Shown in pieces: positions 1 to 10,134 of a stretch of 44,387 nucleotides of DNA. The notes under the pieces are model-generated. The model did no database searches, had not been told where the DNA came from, and worked only from the letters and a program-made list of their open reading frames with translations. The stretch is from an uncultured Lachnospiraceae bacterium (lineage in GTDB: Bacteria > Bacillota > Clostridia > Lachnospirales > Lachnospiraceae), in the NCBI GenBank assembly GCA_947003375.1, contig CAMQOJ010000001.1:1-44387 (forward strand). The letters run 5' to 3'. Position 1 is the first letter of the stretch. Every line of letters starts with the position of its first letter. The translations under genes and the position numbers were made by a program.

Positions 1-45
1 ACACGAGTCTCTTCGTCGGCAGCGTCAGATGTGTATAAGAGACAG
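1..45 (+). other. Illumina Nextera adapter remnant (P5 tail ACAC, 8-nt index, Read-1 adapter with Tn5 mosaic end); technical artefact
   Basis: 13-45 is TCGTCGGCAGCGTCAGATGTGTATAAGAGACAG exactly. It is preceded by ACAC (the P5 end) and the 8-mer GAGTCTCT. Confidence 0.98.
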
Positions 46-311
46 GTCCCATACCGGAGATGAAATGTGCTGATATGGTGCCATGCTTCCAGATCCGCAT
101 CCATGAAGTCGTATCCGCCTCCTCCATGCACATGGATGTCAACGAACCCATGGGACAGATATTGCCCCTCCCCATCCACACACGCTGTTCCCGGTCGTCC
201 ACTGAGCACTCCCGGAGCCTCTATTGCATCGATTCTTCCTTTTTCTATCCCTATTTCGCAGGGCGTAATCATTCCGTTTTCCACCAGATTAATATTATGA
301 ATGGCTATCAT
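46..311 (-). CDS. nagA: N-acetylglucosamine-6-phosphate deacetylase-like amidohydrolase, N-terminal part (truncated by contig end)
   Basis: Not in the ORF track. Manual translation from the ATG at 311 gives MIAIHNINLVENG...DGEGQYLSHGFVDIHVHGGGGYDFMD...HLRYGT, which carries the NagA metal-binding motif G(F)xDxHxHG-xGxDFMD. The start overlaps the upstream gene's stop. Confidence 0.8.
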
Positions 312-1170
312 GACATCCCTCCAGCAGTCTCTTCAGCGCATCCGCACTCTCTTTCAGTGAAGCTGCGCCGCCCCTGGAAAAAGCGCTGCCTCCGGGCAGA
401 AGCATCTGTTCTCTGGTCAGCTCCACATCCTTGCGGTAATGAGGTTCCAGCGAAAGCCAGCCATTATAGCCATCCTGTTTCAGTCGTCTCAGCAGCGCGT
501 CATATCCTACCAGTCCGCTGCCCGGAGCCACACATACAGGCTCATACCTTTCATCATACACAGCATCCTTAATATGGACATGAACCATAAAGGGAGCAAT
601 CGCCTCATAACCATCCGGGAAAGGATTCTCCTGCAACGGATCAAACAAATCATTCCCCGGATCATAAATGGCTCCAAACAAAGCAGGATCCAGCAGTTTC
701 AGAAGGGCCGCAAGTCCCTGGTGATTGCTGGTGTTCACAGACGGATCCGCCTCCAACAGCAGACGCTTTCCGTGCTTTGCAAGAATCTTCCCCGCTTCTT
801 CAAAACCAGGCACCAGATGCTCCGGCTCCACAGCCCCTTTCTGCGGAGCCAGGAAGCAGAATCCCCGAATCGTATCGCAGGCAAAGGCATCGGCCGCATC
901 ACACAGACGGCGCAGCTTGTCCAGCTCCCGCCTCATCTGCTCCGTGGAATATTCACATTTCAGAAAGCTCCCCGCAATATTGGATACCACCAGTCCCTCT
1001 TCGTCCAGACGCCTTTTCCAGGTCTGCCAGACCATGGACGGGATTTCTTCCACCGGCTTATTTTCAACACTGCGCAGTTCCAGTCCATCGAGTCCGTTTT
1101 CCCTGGCCAGGCAGATTGCCTCTTCAAAATTCTGAGTTGCCTCATCGGTGATGTAAGATAATTTCATCAT
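295..1170 (-). CDS. Sugar phosphate isomerase/epimerase (xylose-isomerase-like TIM barrel)
   Basis: Motifs LSYITDE, GLELR, LLLE, YDPGN, HVHIKD and SLEPH. Start moved to MMKLSY after the RBS GAGGAGAGG. Confidence 0.85.
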   Translation of the reverse strand: MMKLSYITDEATQNFEEAICLARENGLDGLELRSVENKPVEEIPSMVWQTWKRRLDEEGLVVSNIAGSFLKCEYSTEQMRRELDKLRRLCDAADAFACDTIRGFCFLAPQKGAVEPEHLVPGFEEAGKILAKHGKRLLLEADPSVNTSNHQGLAALLKLLDPALFGAIYDPGNDLFDPLQENPFPDGYEAIAPFMVHVHIKDAVYDERYEPVCVAPGSGLVGYDALLRRLKQDGYNGWLSLEPHYRKDVELTREQMLLPGGSAFSRGGAASLKESADALKRLLEGCHDSHS

Positions 1171-1223
1171 AACCCTCTCCTCTGCGCGCCCTTGCGCATG
1201 TTTTTCTCTTCCTCCTTGATGCG

Positions 1224-1257
1224 GCAGCGCCATGAGGCTCCCGCCCCATGGCGCTGC
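1224..1257 (-). promoter_or_regulatory. Intergenic stem-loop downstream of the solute-binding protein gene
   Basis: GCAGCGCCATG-N12-CATGGCGCTGC forms a perfect 11-bp stem with no U-tract. Confidence 0.5.
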
Positions 1258-1286
1258 ATTCATACCATATTATGATTCTGATTCCA

Positions 1287-2660
1287 TCAGTTTCTCAGCG
1301 CGTCCACAGTGCTGACAATCCCTTCCATATCCTCTTTCATTTTGGCAATACCCTCATCCAAAGATACATCGCCGGATACGATTGCCTGCAGATCCGGAGT
1401 GAATACAGTGTTCATCGTGCGGGCAGCCGCATGGTTGGGTTCACCGCGCACACAGTCCAGATTTTCCAGAATGTATCCGTATCCCTTCAAATCCTGGTAG
1501 GGACTCACCGCGTCCTCTTTCGGGCAGATATATCCTCCAAAATAGCACCACTGCGCATTCCTCTCTGTCTCTGTGAAAAACTCGAGCCACTTTGCCGCCG
1601 CTTCCACATTCCGGCAGCTTTTGGATACACCCAGGCTTCCCACAGTAGAAATGCCATACTGCCCGGCATCTCCGGAAAGAATCGGGCCTGCCGCCCAGTT
1701 AAAGGTGATGTCTGGAGCCACTCTCACAAAGAATCCCGCTCCTGTGCTGGAAAGGGCACTGGCCGCCTTACCGGACATGAAGTTTGCATCACCATCCGCA
1801 ACGCTCAGAGAATCTGTGGGTGTATAGCCGTTCTGATACCAGGAGGCCAGCCTCTCCAATACCTTCCTGCCTGCTTCCCCGTCAATATCTACAGTTCCGT
1901 CTTCTTTTACTACATCGCATCCTTCCGAGAAGAACTGGGCAAATGCTCCGTTGGACACACCGCTGGAAGCATAGTTATAGTACACACCATAAATCCCCTT
2001 ATCCTTCAGCTCCGCAAGCATGGCATCATACTCTTCCCAGGTGGTGGGCAGGGTATCTTCCGTCATACCGATTTCAGCTACAAGGTCCAGATTGTATACA
2101 GGCCTTCCCAAATCCACCAGCACCGGCAGGCCGTACAGTTCTCCGCCTATCCGTACGCTATTGTCCAGCAGAGATTCCGAATATGCGCCTATGGTCTCAT
2201 CCGATACATATTCCGTAATGGGGGAAAGTACGCCATAAGCCTGGAACTGCTTCAGGATATCCGGATTCAGATACATCACATCAGGCCCTTCACCGGAAGC
2301 GATTGCCGTCAGCATCTTGGTCTCTCTGTTTCCCCAGGGGATAATTTCCACATCCACATGAATCCCCGTGGACGCTTCGAACTCTGCCGCCATGGCTTCA
2401 TAGTTGGCGCGTTCTTCCGCACTCTGTTCATCGGTGCCGAAAGGAAATGTCCACATGGTCAGGGATACATCCTCTGCCGATGCGGCAGGCTCTTCCTTAT
2501 CTGTGCCCTCTTCTCCCTCCATCGGTGCGGATTCCTCTGCGGCCGGCTCAGTGCCGGTCCCGGATGCAGACGGCTCGCCGGAATCCGGACTGCCGCATGC
2601 GGCAAGACCCAGCAGCATCGCCAGACTCAGACCGATTGCCAATACCTTTTTCATCTTCAT
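1287..2660 (-). CDS. Sugar ABC transporter substrate-binding lipoprotein
   Basis: Signal peptide MKMKKVLAIG...LAAC (lipobox), acidic linker, and family-1 SBP motifs GEGPDV, LYGLP, PTTWEE. RBS AAGGAGG. Confidence 0.92.
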   Translation of the reverse strand: MKMKKVLAIGLSLAMLLGLAACGSPDSGEPSASGTGTEPAAEESAPMEGEEGTDKEEPAASAEDVSLTMWTFPFGTDEQSAEERANYEAMAAEFEASTGIHVDVEIIPWGNRETKMLTAIASGEGPDVMYLNPDILKQFQAYGVLSPITEYVSDETIGAYSESLLDNSVRIGGELYGLPVLVDLGRPVYNLDLVAEIGMTEDTLPTTWEEYDAMLAELKDKGIYGVYYNYASSGVSNGAFAQFFSEGCDVVKEDGTVDIDGEAGRKVLERLASWYQNGYTPTDSLSVADGDANFMSGKAASALSSTGAGFFVRVAPDITFNWAAGPILSGDAGQYGISTVGSLGVSKSCRNVEAAAKWLEFFTETERNAQWCYFGGYICPKEDAVSPYQDLKGYGYILENLDCVRGEPNHAAARTMNTVFTPDLQAIVSGDVSLDEGIAKMKEDMEGIVSTVDALRN

Positions 2661-2724
2661 AAATAATACCCTCCTTACTTTAATCAACAAGCTTCCAACG
2701 GAAGCCAGTAACCTGTTTTATGTT

Positions 2725-3546
2725 TTATCCTTTCACACTTCCCACCGTAATGCCGTCCACAAAATATTTCTGGAACGCCATATATACCAGGAACATGGGG
2801 ATAAAAGTAATGACGCCAGCCGTCATCTGCATATTGAAAGAAGCGCTCTGCTGGTTCAGGCTGGAAAGCCCTACCACCAGGTTATACATTTTCTCACTGG
2901 TGGTAAAAATCAGCGGCCCCATAAAATTATTCCAGTTATTCATAAAGGAAAAGATGGCCACCGTACTCAGTCCCGGCTTGCTCACCGGCAGGACAATCTG
3001 CAGAAAAGTCCTCCATTCCCCCGCCCCGTCGATTCGCGCCGCCTCCAGAAGCGCGTCCGGAATCGCCGCAATATTCTGTCGCATCATGAACATATACAGC
3101 ACAGTCCACATTCCCGGAATCAGGAACGCCCAATACGTGTTGATCCAGCCCAACCAGCTGTACAGCAGGTAATTGGACACGATTGTCGCCTGATAGGGCA
3201 CCATGATTGCCGCCATGAAGTACCAGAAAATCAGCTGTCTGCCCGGAAATCTTTTCTTGGCAAAAATATAGCCCAGCAAAGCATCCAGAAATACTCCCGT
3301 TATGGTGGGTATGACACTGATAATGACAGAGTTAAGCACCCACCTTGACATCCTGCCTCCCACACTCAGCACCGACTGATACTGTTTCAGGGAGAACTGT
3401 GTCGGAAACCAGCTTGTAAGCGTGACCGCGTATTTGGTCTCCCCATCCAGGGAACCGAACAGCATGACCACAAAGGGAAAAAGGAAAATTACGCACAGCA
3501 GGATACATATCACATAAAAGAAAAAATTAAGTATTCTTTTTTTCAC
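2725..3546 (-). CDS. Carbohydrate ABC transporter permease (MalG-like)
   Basis: EAA motif LLEAARIDGAGEW, WNNF and hydrophobic helices. GTG start at 3546 follows GAGGAGG; the ORF extends to 3567. Confidence 0.92.
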   Translation of the reverse strand: MKKRILNFFFYVICILLCVIFLFPFVVMLFGSLDGETKYAVTLTSWFPTQFSLKQYQSVLSVGGRMSRWVLNSVIISVIPTITGVFLDALLGYIFAKKRFPGRQLIFWYFMAAIMVPYQATIVSNYLLYSWLGWINTYWAFLIPGMWTVLYMFMMRQNIAAIPDALLEAARIDGAGEWRTFLQIVLPVSKPGLSTVAIFSFMNNWNNFMGPLIFTTSEKMYNLVVGLSSLNQQSASFNMQMTAGVITFIPMFLVYMAFQKYFVDGITVGSVKG

Positions 3547-3556
3547 TGGCGCCTCC

Positions 3557-4468
3557 TCATTCCACATCCCGGTTCGTAATCCGATACTGGATCACGGAGA
3601 TAATCATAATGATTGCAAACAACAGATACGCGATGGTGCTTGCATATCCCATCTGCATGTTAAAAAATCCAGTCCTGTATACATGCATCACCAGCGTATT
3701 GGCCGCGTTCTGGGGACCGCCTGTCTGATTATACAGGGTATAAACCGAATCGAACACTTTCAACGCGCCGCTGGTGAGCGTGATCAGCACATACGCCATG
3801 GTGGGACGCAGAAGAGGCAATGTGATATGAAAAAACACCTGTGCTCCTGTGCATCCGTCCACTTTCGCCGCCTCATGCAGATTCGTATCGATTCCCTTGA
3901 GACCGGCATAATAATAGACCATTGCCGTGCCCACGCTCTGATAGATGCCCAGCAGAGCCACTGTAATCAGCGCCAGCCTCGTACCGAAGAAAAACTGGGG
4001 CTCTATGCCGAAAAGCCCAAGTACCTGATTGATAATTCCGTCGGCCTCCGCCGTAAACATCCATTTCCAGATGCTGGCAACCACTACCACCGAGGTAATC
4101 ACCGGGAAAAACCACGCACTTTTGAAAAAAGCCGTTCCCTTCTTTCTGGTATTCACTGCCAGAGCCAGAAGCAGACCGATTACCACTGTAGGTATCACAG
4201 AATACAGAGCATATATCACCGATACTTTCAAGGAATCCCACACAGCCCGATCTGAAAAAAGTCTTTTCCAATTATCCAGCCCTACATTATTCCATGTCCC
4301 CACCAGGTTCCAGTCAGTAAATGTAAGAAAGAAACTAATCAACATGGGAACCACACTGGTGAGGGTATACTGAATCAGAATCGGAATCAGGATAATCCAT
4401 ACGAACATGCCGCTTTTTATCCTGTTCCATTTTATACCTTCCCTTTTCTTTTTCATTTTAACCGCCAT
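3557..4468 (-). CDS. Carbohydrate ABC transporter permease (MalF-like)
   Basis: VGLDNW, EAA motif LHEAAKVDGCT, GGP..A, MGYAS. Exact start is uncertain (4456, 4468 or 4489). Confidence 0.92.
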   Translation of the reverse strand: MAVKMKKKREGIKWNRIKSGMFVWIILIPILIQYTLTSVVPMLISFFLTFTDWNLVGTWNNVGLDNWKRLFSDRAVWDSLKVSVIYALYSVIPTVVIGLLLALAVNTRKKGTAFFKSAWFFPVITSVVVVASIWKWMFTAEADGIINQVLGLFGIEPQFFFGTRLALITVALLGIYQSVGTAMVYYYAGLKGIDTNLHEAAKVDGCTGAQVFFHITLPLLRPTMAYVLITLTSGALKVFDSVYTLYNQTGGPQNAANTLVMHVYRTGFFNMQMGYASTIAYLLFAIIMIISVIQYRITNRDVE

Positions 4469-4489
4469 TCTGCCGCCATCAGGCGGCAC

Positions 4490-5446
4490 TCAAATCAGAA
4501 AACGCAATGCCATGTCCTCCATATCCGTAGCCACTTCATGCCCATAATCCGGATACAAGAGCGCCTGTTTTGGCGCACATATCCGATTATATGCCGCATA
4601 CTGCGCAGAGGGCGGACAGGTGGTATCCATCTGCCCCGTCATCAGTAGCACTTTTCCCCGGATCCGCGGAGCCAGATGCTGGACATCAATATAGCCAAGC
4701 CTGGTAAAAATCTCTTTCTCCCGTTCATGTCTGGGATCAAACATCTTAAAATATTCCCTCAGCTCAGCATAAGCCGTGTCTCCCAAGTCCATCTCCCATA
4801 CCCGCTGATAATCGCACAGGAACGGGCATATGGCCACAACCTTTTTCATATCTGGAAAAAGAGCCGCGCAGGCAAGGGCCAGGCCGCCTCCCTGGGAGGC
4901 TCCGAACGCCGATACCGACACATTTTTCCCACTGCCCATTCCCGATGCAATCCGGGCTAGGCGGGCCGTATCCAGCATAATCTGATGCATCAGCATTCGA
5001 TGTGGATCCGGATCGTCCAGCCCCCGGATGAAATGGCCGCTATATGTGGTGCCGAGCACGCCGCCCACATCCTGAGAACGTCCGCCCTGTCCTCTGCAGT
5101 CCATGGCCATCACATCAAATCCCAGGCTGACATACTGCATCAGATTCAGCCAGGAGGGACTGGATCGTCTGTAACCGTGAAAAACCAGTAGAATAGGCCT
5201 GTCAGAATCCTGCTGCCGTGCTTTGACATATTTCGCTTAGAGCCTGGGGCGGCCCACTCCGGTAAAAGTGAGGTCAAAGCATGATACACCTGGCACTCCC
5301 AGTTCCACTGGCTGCAGCCTCGGGGCATCCACCATCGCCTCCACACATGCGATTCCCTCTTCCCAAAAAGCATCAAAGTCCGCCGGGCGCGGCGTCCTTC
5401 CCTGGAAAGAAAGCAATTCTTTCGCTGACAGATCAATCAAGGGCAT
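4490..5446 (-). pseudogene. Acetylxylan esterase / cephalosporin-C deacetylase (CE7) interrupted by one in-frame TAA at 5237-5239
   Basis: ORFs 5237..5446 and 4490..5140 share a frame. Reading through gives ...FTGVGRPRL*AKYVKARQQDSDRPILLVFHGY...DCRGQGG...GASQGG...DTTCPP...GHE over 319 codons, with the CE7 RGQ, GxSxG and HE motifs. Confidence 0.85.
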
Positions 5447-5458
5447 AGATTATCCTCC

Positions 5459-6448
5459 TTACGCAATGGTGGCCAGCATATCTTTGGTCACCTCTGTCAC
5501 CAGCGTCTCCCCTTTTTCAAACCGCTCGATTTCCTGACAGATATGGACACCAATCTTCCGTTTTCCGTTATTGGCAAGGCCTGCCACATGGGGCGTAAAG
5601 ATACAGTTGGGAATCTGGAAAAGCGGATTATCCGCTGCAGGCGGTTCCGGATCCATCACATCCAGACAGGCATATTTCAGCTTTCCTGTCTTCATACATT
5701 TTGCCAGTGCCGCCTCGTCAATCAGGGAACCCCTGGCTGTGTTGATCAGAATGGCATCATCTTTCATCCACCCCAGAGTCTCTTCATTTACCATATGATT
5801 GGTGGCCTCAATAGAGGGCGCATGCAAAGATAGAATATCACTTTCCCTGAAGATTTCTTCCAGTTCCACCTTTCTGGCTCCCAGTGCCCGAATCCGCTCT
5901 TTACTCAGACCGGGATCATATACCAGTACCTGTACTCCATATTCCCGCAGCAGCTCGACGAAATGCGCGCCTGCGAATCCGCATCCCACCACACCCACAT
6001 TGATATCAAAAAGTTCTCTCGCTTCATTTTTATCCGCAGGCCAGTTTCCTGCGTGGATGGCGGCATTATAGGCAAAGACATTCTTGGCTGCGGCAATTGC
6101 CAGCCCCATCGCCATTTCGGAAACTCCTCTGCTGAGAACACATGCACTGGAAATCACCCGTATCCCTCTATCATAGAGTTCATCCGATACAACGCCTTTC
6201 ACGCTTCCCGCCGCATGTGCCACCAGTTTCAGATTTGGCGCGTTGCGTAGCATTTCTTCCGTCAACCGGGGGGTTCCCCAGGAAGAGATGGCAATATCAG
6301 CTCCTTTAAGCAGCTTCCCTATCGTTTCCTCATCCCTGTCCCCGGTCTCATTGCAGACCACCTCCCCCAACCGGTTCAGTTCCTCCATGGCCGCCGGGGA
6401 AAATAAATCCCTTTGAAGTTCTTCTTCCAATAACATTGCAATCTTCAT
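5459..6448 (-). CDS. D-2-hydroxyacid dehydrogenase (phosphoglycerate dehydrogenase-like)
   Basis: SSWGTP, HAAGSVK, Rossmann GVVGCGFAG, LINTARG, LDV..PEP, FTPHVAG. Confidence 0.92.
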   Translation of the reverse strand: MKIAMLLEEELQRDLFSPAAMEELNRLGEVVCNETGDRDEETIGKLLKGADIAISSWGTPRLTEEMLRNAPNLKLVAHAAGSVKGVVSDELYDRGIRVISSACVLSRGVSEMAMGLAIAAAKNVFAYNAAIHAGNWPADKNEARELFDINVGVVGCGFAGAHFVELLREYGVQVLVYDPGLSKERIRALGARKVELEEIFRESDILSLHAPSIEATNHMVNEETLGWMKDDAILINTARGSLIDEAALAKCMKTGKLKYACLDVMDPEPPAADNPLFQIPNCIFTPHVAGLANNGKRKIGVHICQEIERFEKGETLVTEVTKDMLATIA

Positions 6449-6491
6449 ATTTACAACTCCTTCCTTTTTGATCTATCCATTGTATGCGGCT

Positions 6492-7541
6492 TCAGATGCT
6501 CAGGGCAACTGCCTTACCCGTCTCTGCGGAAGCATAGGCGGAAAGAATAATCTCCAATGCCTTTCTGCCCTCCTGGCCATCCACCAGAAGCTCCGATTCA
6601 CCCCGCAGCGCACTGATGAAATTCCGAATCTGGCAGATGTGGCCTGACGCATCAATCTTTGCAGGATCACGGTGGGATTCCGTTTCTTCTTCGTTTTGCT
6701 CATACAAAGAGAATCCTTTCTCCCCCTCCACTTCCCATTTCACGATACGGTCCTCCTCCAAAATGATGACGCCGCATTCGCCGTTCAGTTCCAGCCTCCG
6801 CGGCGCACCAGGCCAGTCGCCTGTGGAAGCCTCTATCACTCCCAGCGCGCCGCTTTGAAAAGAAAGCGCAGCCGTCAGAGTGTCTTCCACTTCAATATCA
6901 TGTACTCTGGTGGAGCTCAGCGCATAAATGCTTTTCACCGGCCCTGCCAGATACCGCAGCAGATCCACTCCGTGAATTCCCTGGTTCATCAGAGCCCCAC
7001 CTCCATCTTTCTCCACTGTTCCTCTCCAGCCGCCTCGGTCATAATATTCCTGGGAACGATAATATTTCATATATAGGTCTGCCCTTGTCAGTCTCCCCAG
7101 CGTCCCATCCTGCATTGCCTTCTTTACCTTGGCAATGGCAGGCGAGAAGCGCAGTTGGGAAACCGTCCCAATCTGAATGCCCTTTTCCCCTGCCAGGGCA
7201 ATCAGCCGGTCACAGTCCTCCAGCCTTAAGGCCAGAGGCTTTTCCACCAGAACAGCTTTCCCTGCCTCCACTGCGCTGCACGCCATGGATGCATGCAGAT
7301 AGCTGGGCGTACAGATACAGACCACATCCACCGCGGAATCTTCCAGCGCTTCCTCAAAGCTGTGATAACAATGCGTATGATATTCCTCTGCCGTCCTGAC
7401 GGCCGCCTCTGGATTCTGATCGTAGACCCCTGCCAGGAAAGCATCATCAATTTCACGGATAGCGCCGATGTGAAACCGTGAAATTAACCCACATCCGATA
7501 ACAGCGAATCCAAAGGTGTCTTTTTCTTCGAAATTATCCAT
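6492..7541 (-). CDS. Gfo/Idh/MocA family NAD(P)-dependent oxidoreductase
   Basis: IGCGLIS, CTPSYLH, VEKP, WRGT..DGGGALMNQGIH. Confidence 0.93.
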   Translation of the reverse strand: MDNFEEKDTFGFAVIGCGLISRFHIGAIREIDDAFLAGVYDQNPEAAVRTAEEYHTHCYHSFEEALEDSAVDVVCICTPSYLHASMACSAVEAGKAVLVEKPLALRLEDCDRLIALAGEKGIQIGTVSQLRFSPAIAKVKKAMQDGTLGRLTRADLYMKYYRSQEYYDRGGWRGTVEKDGGGALMNQGIHGVDLLRYLAGPVKSIYALSSTRVHDIEVEDTLTAALSFQSGALGVIEASTGDWPGAPRRLELNGECGVIILEEDRIVKWEVEGEKGFSLYEQNEEETESHRDPAKIDASGHICQIRNFISALRGESELLVDGQEGRKALEIILSAYASAETGKAVALSI

Positions 7542-7590
7542 ATTTCCCCCTTTCTTTCATGCTTTATTCTGACCTGTAGTCCCGAATTCC

Positions 7591-8850
7591 CTATCCGCGC
7601 AGCACGTCACATTGCCCATAAAAATCCGTCAGGTCGAATACACCATTTTGCGGGTGCAGCCAGCCAGCATCCGGATGGCCGCTTCTGTGCAGCAGTTCTT
7701 TCCAGTTTCGGTAGTTCTGTGCGCCATTGCTTTCCACCACACCAGTTTTCAATCCGGGTATGATTCCGATTCTTGCCGCCACCTGCATATTCCATTCCAG
7801 CATGACCGGCGGAACCGTCAAATCCGCACAAAAGCAGGGAATCCCTCGCTTAGCCGCCTGTTTATAAATTTCCAGAGAGACGCTCAGCGTTTTGGCAATA
7901 GGCTTCAGCGCCACTGCCCCATATCCCAGTTCTTCTATGCAGCGTACCGCGTCCTCTGCGCTGTGTATGCTTTCGTCTCCCGCTATGCGCACGGGAAATC
8001 TTTCCACACAAATCCCGGAGTCCATAGGAAAAGGTTCTTCCAGAAGAACGATTCGTTCCAAAGCTCCGCATGCCGCTGCCCCATCCAGAAATCTCTCAAG
8101 CCGTTCTCTGCTGTCATAGCGCCCGTTGGCGTCCAGATAATAGACCGGATGTCCACAATCCGTATGGGGTGTTTCGTAACAGGCCGCAATCTTATGAATC
8201 TGAGCAATCCGCTCGATATCCCAACGGCACATTTCTTCCAAGTCGTTGCGTCCGCCCGGATTCGCCCCAATCTTAATCTTCAAAAGGAAAATCCCTTCCC
8301 TTAAAAGCGCCTCTGTCTCATCCGCCTGCGTATTATAGCTAATCAGAGGAATGGCTCCCAGCTTCTCGTGCCGCTGATCCATGGCCGGGCAGAACCGTTC
8401 CGTCAGAGCAGAGAAATCTTTCATTTCTCCCTCCGCTGCCGCAATCTGCCAAAGTGCAAAATCCACCGGCACAAGCGCATTCAATACAAAGGTGGCAGGC
8501 AGCCTGCGGTTTCCTGTAAGCATGGAAGCATACGCATGGCATTCCGGAAAAATAGTGTGCATCAGCGCAATAGGGTCGGTAAACTTCTTTCCCTTTAACA
8601 GCCCAAGCGCCTTTTCAGTAACCGCAAGCATCATTGCATTTGCTCCCGCCTGGGAATGCTCCACAAAGGTGTCCGCATCCGCCCAGAGCACACTCTGCAC
8701 TCCCATTCCTCTGCCGGATTTTCCGTCTGATACATGGATTTCGCAGAAGCTCTGCCACAGCTCGTCCAGATATCCCCCCTTGAATCCAAACGGTTGTATG
8801 AGCGGCTCTCTGTCAAACTGCAGAGAAACTTTCTCTATCACTCCGGCCAT
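7591..8850 (-). CDS. Enolase superfamily enzyme (mandelate racemase / L-Ala-D/L-Glu epimerase-like)
   Basis: KIKIG (KxK), metal ligands LDANG, EEPF and GDES, plus ALKP. Confidence 0.8.
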   Translation of the reverse strand: MAGVIEKVSLQFDREPLIQPFGFKGGYLDELWQSFCEIHVSDGKSGRGMGVQSVLWADADTFVEHSQAGANAMMLAVTEKALGLLKGKKFTDPIALMHTIFPECHAYASMLTGNRRLPATFVLNALVPVDFALWQIAAAEGEMKDFSALTERFCPAMDQRHEKLGAIPLISYNTQADETEALLREGIFLLKIKIGANPGGRNDLEEMCRWDIERIAQIHKIAACYETPHTDCGHPVYYLDANGRYDSRERLERFLDGAAACGALERIVLLEEPFPMDSGICVERFPVRIAGDESIHSAEDAVRCIEELGYGAVALKPIAKTLSVSLEIYKQAAKRGIPCFCADLTVPPVMLEWNMQVAARIGIIPGLKTGVVESNGAQNYRNWKELLHRSGHPDAGWLHPQNGVFDLTDFYGQCDVLRG

Positions 8851-9194
8851 GATGTTTTCCCCTTTCCCATTTACGCCCTTTTATTGCCCTTACTGCTTAA
8901 CAGTTAAAATTTTACGAGTAACCTGACTACATGATGCCAGCCATATACCTTTAACCAATGAAGTATGATAAATTATGGCGTTATGTAGTATAATAAGGAT
9001 GATAACATATCAGATTTCAGAATGCTTTGCAAATTATCCGTCATTTTTTGTATAAAAAAAAACCTTCTTGCAGAAGAAGAGAAAGGGCCTTATACTTATT
9101 TCCAGTAGTGAATGTAATGAACCGGCATCCTGCTTTTCTGTGGCTTGGACGCTGGAATCAGGCGCAGACAGCCTGTGCAGAAATGGAGGTATCT

Positions 9195-10022
9195 ATGAAT
9201 GTATGCAGTGTACTCTGGTGTGGAAAATATCGTCAGAACTGGGAAAACAATCCCCACAACCACACTTTTTTCCAGCTCTTTGCCTTTTCAGAGGGAATTT
9301 GTCATATTATGATTGAAAACGATGATTTTTCTGTGCTTCCCCAGCAGATTTATCTGGTCAGGCCACAGTTGTTTCATGCTATACACACTGCCCCCAACCA
9401 GCCTCCTCTTATATTGGATATCAAATTTTCGGTTCAAAGCCAGCCTCTTTTTGAGGATCTTACCAAAATCAGCCTGCCCTTTGTTTCAGGGAATTATTCC
9501 TGGTATGCCCAGTGTTTTGAACGAATCATCCGAGAAAGCACGGAAAAGCAGAAATACTATTATCCTACTGTCTGCAACCATTTATTTGAAATGCTGGTCA
9601 ATCTGATTCGGGAAGCCTCTGACGACGCGCCGGCACTGCAGTCCCGGACAGCAGAGCAGATACCTGTAAAAACATACCGGGGTGTCGATGTAGCTTCCCT
9701 GATGGAATATATCCAGGTCCATTATTCCCATATCATCAGTCTGGATGATATGGCTCTGGCGGCACATGCCAGCAAAACCACCCTTACCAATATGTTCAAG
9801 GAGCTCTATCATACCACACCTATTCGATACGTGAATTCCATCCGCATGCAGAAAGCCCGGGAGCTTCTGGTCAATACTGATACTTCCATCGGCGATATCG
9901 CAGAGCTGGTGGGATTCCAGAGCATCCATTATTTCAGTCGGTGCTTCAAAAGCAAGGAAAATTGCACTCCAATAGAATACAGGATGCTCCATTCCAGCAA
10001 CCGATATTTTACTTTTCCCTGA
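9195..10022 (+). CDS. AraC family transcriptional regulator (cupin plus HTH)
   Basis: Cupin HNHTFFQL; C-terminal IAELVGFQSIHYFSRCFKSKENCTPIEYR. ATG at 9195 follows GGAGGT. Confidence 0.93.
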   Translation: MNVCSVLWCGKYRQNWENNPHNHTFFQLFAFSEGICHIMIENDDFSVLPQQIYLVRPQLFHAIHTAPNQPPLILDIKFSVQSQPLFEDLTKISLPFVSGNYSWYAQCFERIIRESTEKQKYYYPTVCNHLFEMLVNLIREASDDAPALQSRTAEQIPVKTYRGVDVASLMEYIQVHYSHIISLDDMALAAHASKTTLTNMFKELYHTTPIRYVNSIRMQKARELLVNTDTSIGDIAELVGFQSIHYFSRCFKSKENCTPIEYRMLHSSNRYFTFP

Positions 10023-10032
10023 CAGATAAGAT

Positions 10033-10090
10033 AAAGTGCAAAAAAAGCCGTAAAATCTGCAAAGCTTTCTCCCATCAACTGTGATACGAT
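10033..10090 (+). promoter_or_regulatory. Putative AraC-type direct-repeat site and extended -10 for the downstream oxidoreductase
   Basis: TGCAAA at 10037 and 10058 (21-bp spacing); TGaTACGAT ending at 10090. Confidence 0.4.
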
Positions 10091-10134
10091 GAGCCAGTAA
10101 TCAAAAAATACCTTAATACAAGGAGGAAGCGATT

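Noticed and set aside
27-45. Tn5/IS50 end suggesting a transposon
   Set aside because: It is the synthetic mosaic end within a complete Nextera adapter context; no transposase is present.
5237-5239. Programmed readthrough or recoding in the CE7 gene
   Set aside because: The stop is TAA, which is not used for Sec or Pyl, and other genes here terminate at TAA normally.
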